In this document: piece by piece, positions 29,925-39,170 of the stretch
Layout: each line of letters opens with the position of its first letter
How positions within the stretch are numbered: the stretch's first letter is position 1
NCBI GenBank assembly: GCA_963665125.2
Contig: CAXXUK010000001.1
Coordinates: forward strand, 2,208,001-2,272,000
Reading direction: 5' to 3'
Source of the DNA: an uncultured Desulfarculus sp.
GTDB lineage: Bacteria; Desulfobacterota; Desulfarculia; Desulfarculales; Desulfarculaceae
Length of the DNA: 64,000 nucleotides
Notes under the pieces: model-generated
What the model was told of the DNA's origin: nothing
The model's input: only the letters and a program-made list of their open reading frames with translations
Databases searched by the model: none
Program-made: the position numbers and the translations under genes

Positions 29925-30646
29925 CATCAGCGGCATGGGGGGGCAGCAAACAAGGCCGTGGCCGGCAGCAGAACCAGGATGCCTGGGCCATGGATCAGGC
30001 TAGGGGCCTGTTCATACTCTGTGACGGCATGGGCGGCCATGCCGAGGGCGGCCGGGCGGCCCGGGAGGTCATCGCGGCCATGCTCGAGCCAGCCGAAGAC
30101 GCCGACCGCACCCGGGCCCAAACCCCGAGTCTGCGCCTGAAGCAGCGGGTGATCTCGGCCCATGCCGACCTCATTGCCCTGGCCTCCAAAATCGGCCACA
30201 AGGGAGACATGGGCTGCACCCTGGTCTACCTGGCCATCCGGGGCGGCGTTTATCTGCTGGCCAACGTGGGCGACAGCCGCTGCTGTCTGCTCAGGGGCGG
30301 CAAACTGATTCAACTAAGCGAAGACCACACCGTGGTGGCCGGATATGTGCGCGACGGCATCATCGAGCCCGAAGAGGCCGAGACCCACCCCCAGCGCAAC
30401 CTGCTGACCCAGGCCATGGGCATGAATTCCGTGGACCCGGATGTCTTCGAGGGCGCTGTTCAGCCCGGAGACCGTTTCCTGATTACCAGCGACGGCGTCC
30501 ACGGCGTGATAAAATCAAATGAGTTGGAAGCCATCCTGACCAAGGCCCCGGGGCCCAGGCGCTGCGGCGAGGCCATACTACAGCTCGTCCAGGACCGGCA
30601 GGGTGACGACGACGCCACAGTGGTATTGGTGTTTGTGGAGGAATAG
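29921..30646 (+). CDS. PP2C-family Ser/Thr phosphatase
   Basis: R..NQD, CDGMGGH, NVGDSR, SDG, DDAT. Confidence 0.93.
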   Translation: MTSAAWGGSKQGRGRQQNQDAWAMDQARGLFILCDGMGGHAEGGRAAREVIAAMLEPAEDADRTRAQTPSLRLKQRVISAHADLIALASKIGHKGDMGCTLVYLAIRGGVYLLANVGDSRCCLLRGGKLIQLSEDHTVVAGYVRDGIIEPEEAETHPQRNLLTQAMGMNSVDPDVFEGAVQPGDRFLITSDGVHGVIKSNELEAILTKAPGPRRCGEAILQLVQDRQGDDDATVVLVFVEE

Positions 30647-30651
30647 GCCAG

Positions 30652-33600
30652 GTGTCCATGGACCTGATAGGCAAGCGCCTCGGTAAATACCGCCTTGAAC
30701 GCCTCATCGGCAAGGGCGGCATGGGCGAGGTCTACCTGGCCGAACACGAGATGCTCCAAAGCCGGGTCGCCGTCAAGGTCCTGCCCGCCGACCTGGCCCG
30801 CGACGAATCCATGGTCCAACGATTCCTGCGCGAAGCCCGCTCGGCGGCCCGCTTGCGCCATCCCCACATCATCCGCATCCACGACGTCGACCAGGACCAG
30901 GGCGTCAACTTCTTTTCCATGGATTATGTGGAAGGCCGCGCGCTGACCGAACTCATCGCCTCGTCCGGCGGCCTGCCCGAGGCCGAGATCATCCGCATCA
31001 GCGGCCAGGTGCTTTCGGCCTTGGCCGAGGCCCACCAGGCGGGCATCATCCACCGCGACATCAAACCGGACAACGTGATCATCGACAACCGGGGCGACGC
31101 CGTGGTCATGGACTTCGGCATAGCCAAGGCCGCCACGGGCACCAGGGTCACGGCGGTGGGTTCTTTCGTCGGCACGGTCCATTACGCCAGCCCGGAACAG
31201 GCCCGGGGCCGGGAGATCGACACCCGCAGCGACCTGTATTCCTGGGGCGTGGTCATGTACGAGATGGCCACCGGCCGCACGCCGTTCGGGGGCCAGGAGA
31301 CCTCGGCCGTTGTCTACCAGCACGTCCACGAGATCCCCGATCCGCCCCAGCAGGTCCGGCCCGATCTTTCGCCCGGACTGGGGGCGTTCATCCTCAAGCT
31401 TTTGGAAAAATCGCCGGACGAGCGCTTTCCGTCTGCCCAGGCGGCCCTGACAGCCCTGGAGCGCCTTGGCGGCGCCACCCGAGCCGGCGGCACCAGAAGC
31501 CACACCCGCATCGGCGGCGGCGAAGACGAACTGCGCACCGAGGCCCAGTCCCTGGTGGACGACGGGCTGTATGACGACGCGGCGTCGGTGATCACCGAAC
31601 TCATCGGCGTGGCCACCGACAAGCATGCCGCCCTGGAATGGCTGGAAGACGTCCAGGGCAGGGCCCAAAAGGCCCGTGAACTCGAAGAAGGCATGCAGCG
31701 GGGCATGGGCCTGGAGGCTGGCGGCGAGATCGACCAGGCGGCCGAGCTTTACGAAGCCCTGCAACAGGAGCACGGCCAGACGCCGCAGATCGATCACGCC
31801 CTTGAGCGGATCAAGGCCGCCCGGCTGGCCAGAGAGGCCGGAGAGTTGGTCCGGGCCGGAGACCTGGATGCGGGCCGCGACAAATACCAGGCCGCCGTGG
31901 ACCTGCGGCCCACTGATCCGGGAATTAAAAAACAACTCGATGAAGTCCGCACCGCCCTCAGCCGGGCACAGCGGGCCCTGGCCCTGTTGGCCCAGGCCGA
32001 GGAGTTGAGCTTGGCCGGGGACGGCCGCCAGGCCCTGGACCTGTTGGAAGAGGCGGCCGAGTTGCATGCCGCCCTGCCCGGTCTGGACGAGGCCCGGCAG
32101 AGGGCCCAGCACGTTGCCGAACGTCAGGCCCCGCCGCCCGCGCCAGCCGCCGGCACCAGGGTCGTGGCTCCATCGGACATGGCCTCGGCAAGGACCATGG
32201 TGGTTTCCCCGCCGCCCGAGCCGCCAGCGGGGCCCAAGACCACGCCGCCGGTGGCACCGCCGCCCCCGCCGCTCGAGCCGCCAGCGGATTCGGCCCCCGC
32301 GCCGGAACCCCAGCCCCGGCCCGAAGCCCAGGCGCCGCCTGAGGCAAAAGCGGCAAAGACACAGGACGGTTCCTTTACCAAGTTCATAACCCTGGCCGTG
32401 GTGGGCTTCCTGGCCCTGGCCGTGGGAGCTGCCGGTTTGTTCTGGTCACTTAAATCCGAACCCGGCGGCCAGACGGCCACACCCACCGCCGCCGCCACGG
32501 CGGATGTCGGTCAGCAACAGGACCAGGCCGCCGAGCATGTGCGCCAGGCCCAACAACTATTACAGCAGGGCCGCCAGGACCAGGCCGCCCAGGAATTCCG
32601 CTCCGCGCTTTCCCTGGACCCCAACAACGCCCAGGCCCTTGACGGCCTGCAACGGATAGCCAAACAACAAAACAAGCCTGGAGACGCCTCCGAGGCCTCC
32701 AAGCTGGTGTTACAGGGCCGCGATCTGCTGGCCCAGGACAAACTGGATCAGGCCGAGGAATTTTTCCGCAAGGCCCTCAAGGCCGACCTCAACAATTCCG
32801 ACGCCAAGCACGCCATGCAGGTCCTGGCCAAGCGGCGTCAGGTCATCGAAAACCTCGAGCAGGAAAAACGGCTAAAGCAGCAAAAACATCAGCAAGCCAA
32901 GGAAAAGCTGCGCCAGGGCCAACAGATGTTGACCAACGACCAGCTTGACCAAGCCGAAGCGGCCCTGCGCCAGGCCCTGGAGCTTGACCCCGGCCTGGAG
33001 CAGGCCAAACAGGAGCTTGACAAGGTGGCCCAGCGCCGCGTGACCCTGGCCGAGGACCAGCGCAAGGCCCAGGAAAAAGCCAAAGAGGATCAGCGCAGGG
33101 CCGATGAAGAGCAGCGTAAGGCCCAGATCAGGGCCAAGCTCGAGCAAACGCTCAAACAGGCCAACGACTTTTTGCGCCTGAACGAACTGGACATGGCCAA
33201 GCAGGCCTTTGAATATGCCAAGACCCTTGATCCGGCCTCGGTGGAGGCATCGGACGGCCTGCGCGCGGTAGAGGCCCGGCGGGCGGCCCAGCAGGAGCAA
33301 CAACAAAAACAGACGGCAAGGGATGAGACGGCAAGGGGCCGAGGTTTGCTGGCCAATGATCAACTCGACCAGGCCGAGGATGCCTTCAAGCGGGCTCTGG
33401 CCGCGGTGCAGGACTGGCCAGAGGCCAAGCAGGGCCTCAGCGACGTGGCCCAAAGACGCAATGAGTTGCGCACCAAGAGCATGACTCCCGCCAAAAAGAA
33501 GGAGCGGGCGGGCAAGATAGTGGACCTGGCAAGGACGCTGATCAAAAACAGCCACTTTGACCGGGCTCTAAGCGTACTCCAGGAAGCGGCCAAGCTGGAC

Positions 33601-34461
33601 CCGGACAATGAGGACGCCCAGCGCTGGATCGTCTACACCAACCAGCGGCGGACCGAAATCAGCCAGGGCAAACAACCGGCCGATCTGGAGCAGATGCGCA
33701 AGCTTTCGGTCAGCGAGGCGGCCAAGGCGGCCAAACTGCTGCGCCAGGGCGACAGGGCTGAGGCCAAGCGCCTGTTTGCCCAGGCCCTGGAGCATTTTCC
33801 GGACAACACAATCGCCCAAAAAGGCCTGGCCATGGCCAGCGGGCCAGCGCCCCGGCCGACAGCCAAGCCCGAGGTCAAGGGCCCATCAAAGGATACGCGC
33901 CTGGCCGCCCAGCAGTCCTACAGCCAGGGCATCCAGCAGTTCAACAAACAGCAATACGGCCGGGCAGCCAACCTGTTCAAGGAATACCTGAACGTCTACC
34001 CCAATGACGCCACGGCCCGCAAAAACCTGGCCCTGGCTGAAAAAATGGCCACTGAGTCCCAATTCGGAACCCTGGTCGTGAACAGCAGCCCGTCGGGAGA
34101 TGTCTTCCTGGACGGCAGGGCCGTGGGCAAAACACCGCTTACCATTGATCAAGTGTCCGTGGGCTCCCATCAGGTGGAGATCCGGGCCTATGGCGGAGCC
34201 AGCAGCCGCAGCTTCAATATCAGCGGCCGCACTGAAACCAGCGTGAAGCTGGAGCTGTTTGGCGGCACCCTGCAAGTGGATGCGCTGAGCCGGGCCCAGG
34301 TCTGGTTCCAGAACCGCCAAGTCGGCTACACACCCATCGTGTTCAACAACATGCCCCTGGGCCCCCGTGAGGTCGAACTCCGCTGGCCCGGTGGAGACAC
34401 CCGCAAATACAACGTGACCCTGTACAAGGGCCGCACTTCACACATTCGCGGCACCCAATAA
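30652..34461 (+). CDS. Membrane Hanks-type Ser/Thr kinase with TPR repeats and C-terminal PEGA domains
   Basis: GKGGMG, VAVK, HRDIKPDN, DFG, YASPE; Pro-rich linker; TM near 32380-32445; TPR repeats (AL.LDP.N..A); VFLDG..VGKTP PEGA motif. Confidence 0.93.
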   Translation: MSMDLIGKRLGKYRLERLIGKGGMGEVYLAEHEMLQSRVAVKVLPADLARDESMVQRFLREARSAARLRHPHIIRIHDVDQDQGVNFFSMDYVEGRALTELIASSGGLPEAEIIRISGQVLSALAEAHQAGIIHRDIKPDNVIIDNRGDAVVMDFGIAKAATGTRVTAVGSFVGTVHYASPEQARGREIDTRSDLYSWGVVMYEMATGRTPFGGQETSAVVYQHVHEIPDPPQQVRPDLSPGLGAFILKLLEKSPDERFPSAQAALTALERLGGATRAGGTRSHTRIGGGEDELRTEAQSLVDDGLYDDAASVITELIGVATDKHAALEWLEDVQGRAQKARELEEGMQRGMGLEAGGEIDQAAELYEALQQEHGQTPQIDHALERIKAARLAREAGELVRAGDLDAGRDKYQAAVDLRPTDPGIKKQLDEVRTALSRAQRALALLAQAEELSLAGDGRQALDLLEEAAELHAALPGLDEARQRAQHVAERQAPPPAPAAGTRVVAPSDMASARTMVVSPPPEPPAGPKTTPPVAPPPPPLEPPADSAPAPEPQPRPEAQAPPEAKAAKTQDGSFTKFITLAVVGFLALAVGAAGLFWSLKSEPGGQTATPTAAATADVGQQQDQAAEHVRQAQQLLQQGRQDQAAQEFRSALSLDPNNAQALDGLQRIAKQQNKPGDASEASKLVLQGRDLLAQDKLDQAEEFFRKALKADLNNSDAKHAMQVLAKRRQVIENLEQEKRLKQQKHQQAKEKLRQGQQMLTNDQLDQAEAALRQALELDPGLEQAKQELDKVAQRRVTLAEDQRKAQEKAKEDQRRADEEQRKAQIRAKLEQTLKQANDFLRLNELDMAKQAFEYAKTLDPASVEASDGLRAVEARRAAQQEQQQKQTARDETARGRGLLANDQLDQAEDAFKRALAAVQDWPEAKQGLSDVAQRRNELRTKSMTPAKKKERAGKIVDLARTLIKNSHFDRALSVLQEAAKLDPDNEDAQRWIVYTNQRRTEISQGKQPADLEQMRKLSVSEAAKAAKLLRQGDRAEAKRLFAQALEHFPDNTIAQKGLAMASGPAPRPTAKPEVKGPSKDTRLAAQQSYSQGIQQFNKQQYGRAANLFKEYLNVYPNDATARKNLALAEKMATESQFGTLVVNSSPSGDVFLDGRAVGKTPLTIDQVSVGSHQVEIRAYGGASSRSFNISGRTETSVKLELFGGTLQVDALSRAQVWFQNRQVGYTPIVFNNMPLGPREVELRWPGGDTRKYNVTLYKGRTSHIRGTQ

Positions 34462-34548
34462 CCATCAATCTCACCTTGCGCCCGCAACCTCAATTTTTCT
34501 ATGATTATTGAGGCGTTCAATCATTTTGGTTGCAAAGGGCGGCATAGC

Positions 34549-35769
34549 ATGACCCATGGTCAAAACCAAACCTATCAGCGCATCCGCGAAGCCCTCCGGG
34601 GCAGCCGCCTGCCTGCGGCCTTGGTGGATATGGATGCCTTTGACCGCAACATCGCCTATGTGGCCCGTACCCAGACCAGGGGCAAAACAATCCGCGTGGC
34701 CAGCAAATCCATCCGCAGCGTTGATCTGCTCAGGCGCGTATTCGAAAAAGGCGGCGCGGCATTTCAGGGCGTTTTGGCCTTCACCGTGGAAGAGGCCGAC
34801 ATGCTGCGGCGAAACGGCTTTGACGACATCATCGTAGCCTATCCCTCGGTTCAGGCCTCGGACATGGATCTGCTGGTGAAGGCTGCTGCCGATGGCGGCA
34901 AGATCATTGCCATGGCCGACAGCCTGGACCATCTGGAAGCCATGGACGCCGCTGGCAGGGCCGCCGGTGTCGTGCTCAGCGCCTGTCTGGACATCGACAT
35001 GTCATACCGGCCCCTGGGCCTGGGCGCGGCGCATATCGGCGTGCGGCGCAGCCCCATCCGCAGCGTAGCCGATGTGGCCGAGTTGGGCCGCCGGGCTGCC
35101 GGGCTGGAGTACGTCAAGGTCGAAGCCGTAATGGGCTATGAGGCCCAGGTCGCCGGAGTGGGCGACGACGTGCCGGGCCATGCCCTCAAGAACAAGCTGC
35201 TGCGCCTGATCAAGGGCCGTTCCATGACCGAGCTGAGCATCCGCCGGGGCGAGGTGGTGGCCGCCCTCAAGGCCGCCGGGCTGCCCATCACCAGAGTAAA
35301 CGGCGGCGGCAGCGGCAGCCTCTACTCCACCGGGGCCGACGACTCGGTGACCGAGGTGGCTGCCGGGTCGGCCTTTTATTGCCCGGCCCTGTTCCGGCAC
35401 TACCACGAGGTCAAGTTCCACCCGGCGGCATATTTCGCCGTTCAGGTGGTGCGCAAACCCGCCGATGGAATCGTCACCTGCCTGGGCGGCGGCTACTGCG
35501 CCTCTGGTGCGGCCGGGCCGGACCGCCTGCCCGTGCCGGTGTTGCCCCGGGGCCTCAAGCTTTTGGGCCTGGAAGGCGCGGGCGAGGTCCAGACGCCCCT
35601 GGCCGTGCCCACCGGAGCCCCGGAGTTGCGCCTGGGCGACCCCGTACTCTTTCAGCACGCCAAGGCCGGTGAGCTGTGCGAGCGCTTCAACAGCCTGTTG
35701 CTGATCAAAGATTATAAAATTATCGGCGAGGCCCGGACCTATCGCGGCCAGGGTTTCGCCTTTCTATAA
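34549..35769 (+). CDS. PLP fold-type III enzyme (alanine racemase/D-threonine aldolase/DSD1-like)
   Basis: RVASKSIR, MGYEAQ, NGGGSGS, EGAGEVQTP, HAKAGELCERF. Confidence 0.85.
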   Translation: MTHGQNQTYQRIREALRGSRLPAALVDMDAFDRNIAYVARTQTRGKTIRVASKSIRSVDLLRRVFEKGGAAFQGVLAFTVEEADMLRRNGFDDIIVAYPSVQASDMDLLVKAAADGGKIIAMADSLDHLEAMDAAGRAAGVVLSACLDIDMSYRPLGLGAAHIGVRRSPIRSVADVAELGRRAAGLEYVKVEAVMGYEAQVAGVGDDVPGHALKNKLLRLIKGRSMTELSIRRGEVVAALKAAGLPITRVNGGGSGSLYSTGADDSVTEVAAGSAFYCPALFRHYHEVKFHPAAYFAVQVVRKPADGIVTCLGGGYCASGAAGPDRLPVPVLPRGLKLLGLEGAGEVQTPLAVPTGAPELRLGDPVLFQHAKAGELCERFNSLLLIKDYKIIGEARTYRGQGFAFL

Positions 35770-35811
35770 AACAAAAGCCGCCGGTGTTTGGCCGGTGGGG
35801 GGAGGATTGAT

Positions 35812-37227
35812 TTGTCCTCAAACAAATCCATCCATGATTTCATTGTCATCGGCTCCGGGGTCTCCGGATCTTTCATGGCCGATGAACTCTGCCTGGCCGG
35901 GCTGGACTGCCTGATGCTCGAGGCGGGCCGGGCCTACAGCCGGGCCGAGTATCCCGTCACGGACGTGGACGGCACGTCCCAGCTATATTGGGCCGGCGGC
36001 CTGGAGCTTACCTCGGACGCCCGCCTGGGCTGTCTGCGGCCCAAGGTCGTAGGCGGCGGCTCGGTGGTCAACCAGGCTCTCTTGGACCGCTTCGACGACA
36101 CGGCCTGGGATTTGTGGCGCTCCCAAAAGGGCGTCGAGTTTTTCAACGCCGCCGACATGGCCCAGTGGTATGACGCAGCAGAGGCAGAGTTGTCGATCCA
36201 GTACATCCCCGAAAGCGCCCGCAACCGCAACGCCCTGATCTTTGAGGAGGGCTTTGCCAAGATGGGCTACAAATGCGCGCCCCTGCGCCGGGGCCAATCC
36301 GACTGCGACTACGAGGGCGGCAACGACTGCATCGCCTGCCTCAACGGCTGCCGCCGGGGTTCCAAGCAGTCAATGCCCGAAACGGTGCTCAAAAAAGCCC
36401 TGGCCGCCGGACTCAAGCTGGAGACCCGCTTCGAGGCCCTGGAAATCGCCAAGGCCCAGGACCACTACCTGGTCAAGGGCCTGGACCAAAGCCGCCGCCC
36501 GGCCGTGCGCAAGGGCCGCCGCCTGGTGCTGGCCTGCGGGGCCATCGGCAACTCCAAGCTGCTGCTTGCCTCGGGCTTCGGCCCCAAGAACGGCCTGCCC
36601 GCCTTGGGCCACGGGTTTTATTGCCACCCCCAATACAACAACTACGGCGTGTACGACGAGCCGGTCAACTCCCACAAGGGGCCGTTCCAGTCGTTCAAGT
36701 CCGACGATCCCGGTTTCCGCCAGGCCGGGTTCAAGCTGGAAAACGTCTATGCCCCGCCGCCGGCCCTGGCCCTGCTGCTCCCCGGCGCTGGTTCAAAGCA
36801 TCAGCAGATCATGCAGACCCTGCCCTATTTCGCCTCCATCGAGGTCTGCACCCAGGACACCAATCCCGGCCGCATCAAGCTGGGCCGGGGCGGCAAGCTG
36901 GTGATCCAGAAAAAGGCCAACGAGGAAGACAAAAGCCGCCGCAAGGCCGGTGAGGAGGCCGTAAACAACATCTTCACGGCCACGGGGGCCAAGAAGATAT
37001 ACAACTGCCCGTCGGCCTATGCCCTGCACCTGATGGGCGGCCTGAGCCTAGGCCTGGACCCGTCCGATTCCTGCGTCAGCCCGGACTTCAGCCTGCACGG
37101 TCACAGGGATCTGTTCGCCGCCGACAGCAGCGTCTTTCCGTCCGCGCCGGGCATCAACCCCTCGCTGACGATCATGGCCCTGTCCAAAATGGCTGCGCAA
37201 AAAATCCTGGGGGAGGCTAACCGATGA
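35812..37227 (+). CDS. GMC family FAD oxidoreductase
   Basis: IGSGVSG, VGGGSVVN, C..C..GC, HLMGG, DSSVFP....NP.LTIMAL; TTG start after ggagg. Confidence 0.9.
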   Translation: MSSNKSIHDFIVIGSGVSGSFMADELCLAGLDCLMLEAGRAYSRAEYPVTDVDGTSQLYWAGGLELTSDARLGCLRPKVVGGGSVVNQALLDRFDDTAWDLWRSQKGVEFFNAADMAQWYDAAEAELSIQYIPESARNRNALIFEEGFAKMGYKCAPLRRGQSDCDYEGGNDCIACLNGCRRGSKQSMPETVLKKALAAGLKLETRFEALEIAKAQDHYLVKGLDQSRRPAVRKGRRLVLACGAIGNSKLLLASGFGPKNGLPALGHGFYCHPQYNNYGVYDEPVNSHKGPFQSFKSDDPGFRQAGFKLENVYAPPPALALLLPGAGSKHQQIMQTLPYFASIEVCTQDTNPGRIKLGRGGKLVIQKKANEEDKSRRKAGEEAVNNIFTATGAKKIYNCPSAYALHLMGGLSLGLDPSDSCVSPDFSLHGHRDLFAADSSVFPSAPGINPSLTIMALSKMAAQKILGEANR

Positions 37228-39170
37228 TCACCAGCAAATACCTGAGCCGCAAACAGATGAAAGGCCTGATCCACACCGGCGACGCCTTGCTGCCGGGCAG
37301 CGGCCAATTGCCTTCGTTCTCCCAGACCGGCTGCTGGAGGCACATCGACCGCCAGGCGGCCTTTCTGAGCCCCGACGACCTGGCCGGCCTGCAAATGGCC
37401 TTGGGCGCCTTCCGCTTTTTGCCCAAGGCCGTGGTCCGGGGCCTGATCAACCTGGCCAGCAAGTTCCACGACGCGCCGGGGCCTTTGGGCATGGGCTTTC
37501 GCATGCTGGAGATCGGCATCAAGGGCGCGGTGATGAGCCTGTATTACTCGGATCTGCACGCCGAGGACTACAGAGGCCCCACGGTCTTCGAGGGCATCGG
37601 CTGGGACGCCCATGTGGAGTTGGTTGACGACGGCCTGGCCCCGGAGCAAAAGCCGGTGAACCTGGTTGATCCCACGCCGGAAGACATCGCGGCCATGTAC
37701 GAGCTCGCCCGCAAGGCGCAGCCGGAAATCGCCGCGCTTAACATCGCCAAGCGGGTGGAATACATCGCCAACCTGCGGGGCATCATCATCCAGCGCCGCC
37801 AGGAGATCGTCGAGGCCATCATGGCCGACAGCAACAAGAGCCAGACCGACATCATCACCTCCGATGTGTTCGGGGCCCTGGACCACCTGGCCTATCTGGA
37901 GAAAAACGCGGCCAAGTTTCTGGGGGACAAGAAGGTGCCCACGCCCATGGCCTTGATGGGCAAAAAATCCCGGATATACTTCGAGCCCCTGGGTACGGTG
38001 TTGATGATCTCGCCCTGGAACTACCCGTTCTATCAGGCCGTAGTGCCCATCAGCACCAGCTTTCTCTGCGGCAACGCCTCCATCTACAAGCCTTCAATGG
38101 CCACGCCCTTGAAGGGCCTGGTGGAGAGCTTGCTGGCCGAGGCTGGCTTTGACCCCGGCTGGGTGCATATCGTCTACGGCTCTGGCTCCAAGGTGGGCGA
38201 CGCCCTGTTCGAGCCCAGGCCGGACAAGGTTTTTTTCATAGGCTCTACGGCCACGGGCAAGCGCATCATGCACATTTGCGCCGAAAAATTGATCCCCTGC
38301 GAACTGGAAATGGGCGGCAAGGACCCCATGATCGTGTTCGAGGACTGCGACCTGCACCGGGCGGCGGCCGGGGCCCTTTGGGGCGCCATGACCACCACGG
38401 GCCAGAGTTGCACCTCGGTGGAGCGTCTGTTTGTCCACGAAAGTATCTATGATCAGTTCAAGTCCATCCTGGTTCGCGAGGCCGAGAGCCTCAGGCAGGG
38501 CATCGACCACGAAGGCGACCTGGACATCGGGCCCATGTGCACCACCGAGCAGGTGCAGGTCATCGCCCGGCAGGTGGCCCAGGCCCAAAAATTGGGCGCG
38601 GTGTTTCTCACCGGCGGCGGCTGGGACGGCCAAGACCCGGCCATACCGCCGATGATCGTCGAGGGCGTTACCCCGGATATGGAACTATACGAAGAGGAAT
38701 CATTCGGGCCGGTGTTGCCCATCTTCCCCTTTGCCGATGAGGCCGAGGCCATCGACCTGGCCAACCAGGGGCCCTACGGCCTTTCGGCCAGCGTGTGGTC
38801 CCATGACCTCAAGCGGGCCGACCGGGTGGCCCGGGCCATTGTCACCGGCAATGTGTCCATCAACAATGTCATGCTCACCGAAGGCAACCACAACCTGCCT
38901 TTCGGCGGGGCCAAGCAAAGCGGCATCGGCCGTTACAAGGGCGAATGGGGATTCCACTGCTTCAGCAACATCAAGAGCATCCTGGAGGACAAGGACAGCT
39001 CGAAGCTGGAGGCCAACTGGTTCCCTTATGACCATAAAAAGTATGAACTGTTCTCCATGTTAACCCAAAACATGTATTCCGACGGCCTGTTGAGCCTGGT
39101 CAAGGGCGCGCTCACGGGCATGAAGTTGGAATCATACGTTGGAAAGGTGGCCAAACGGCGCCGAAAATGA
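37224..39170 (+). CDS. Aldehyde dehydrogenase with ~130-aa N-terminal fusion domain
   Basis: SPWNYP, FIGS, LEMGGKDP, GQSC, EESFGP, PFGG.KQSG. Confidence 0.92.
   Translation: MITSKYLSRKQMKGLIHTGDALLPGSGQLPSFSQTGCWRHIDRQAAFLSPDDLAGLQMALGAFRFLPKAVVRGLINLASKFHDAPGPLGMGFRMLEIGIKGAVMSLYYSDLHAEDYRGPTVFEGIGWDAHVELVDDGLAPEQKPVNLVDPTPEDIAAMYELARKAQPEIAALNIAKRVEYIANLRGIIIQRRQEIVEAIMADSNKSQTDIITSDVFGALDHLAYLEKNAAKFLGDKKVPTPMALMGKKSRIYFEPLGTVLMISPWNYPFYQAVVPISTSFLCGNASIYKPSMATPLKGLVESLLAEAGFDPGWVHIVYGSGSKVGDALFEPRPDKVFFIGSTATGKRIMHICAEKLIPCELEMGGKDPMIVFEDCDLHRAAAGALWGAMTTTGQSCTSVERLFVHESIYDQFKSILVREAESLRQGIDHEGDLDIGPMCTTEQVQVIARQVAQAQKLGAVFLTGGGWDGQDPAIPPMIVEGVTPDMELYEEESFGPVLPIFPFADEAEAIDLANQGPYGLSASVWSHDLKRADRVARAIVTGNVSINNVMLTEGNHNLPFGGAKQSGIGRYKGEWGFHCFSNIKSILEDKDSSKLEANWFPYDHKKYELFSMLTQNMYSDGLLSLVKGALTGMKLESYVGKVAKRRRK

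Noticed and set aside
25758..34461. Type VI secretion system
   Set aside because: Only the kinase/PP2C/FHA triad is present; no sheath, Hcp, VgrG, baseplate or TssM genes in the window
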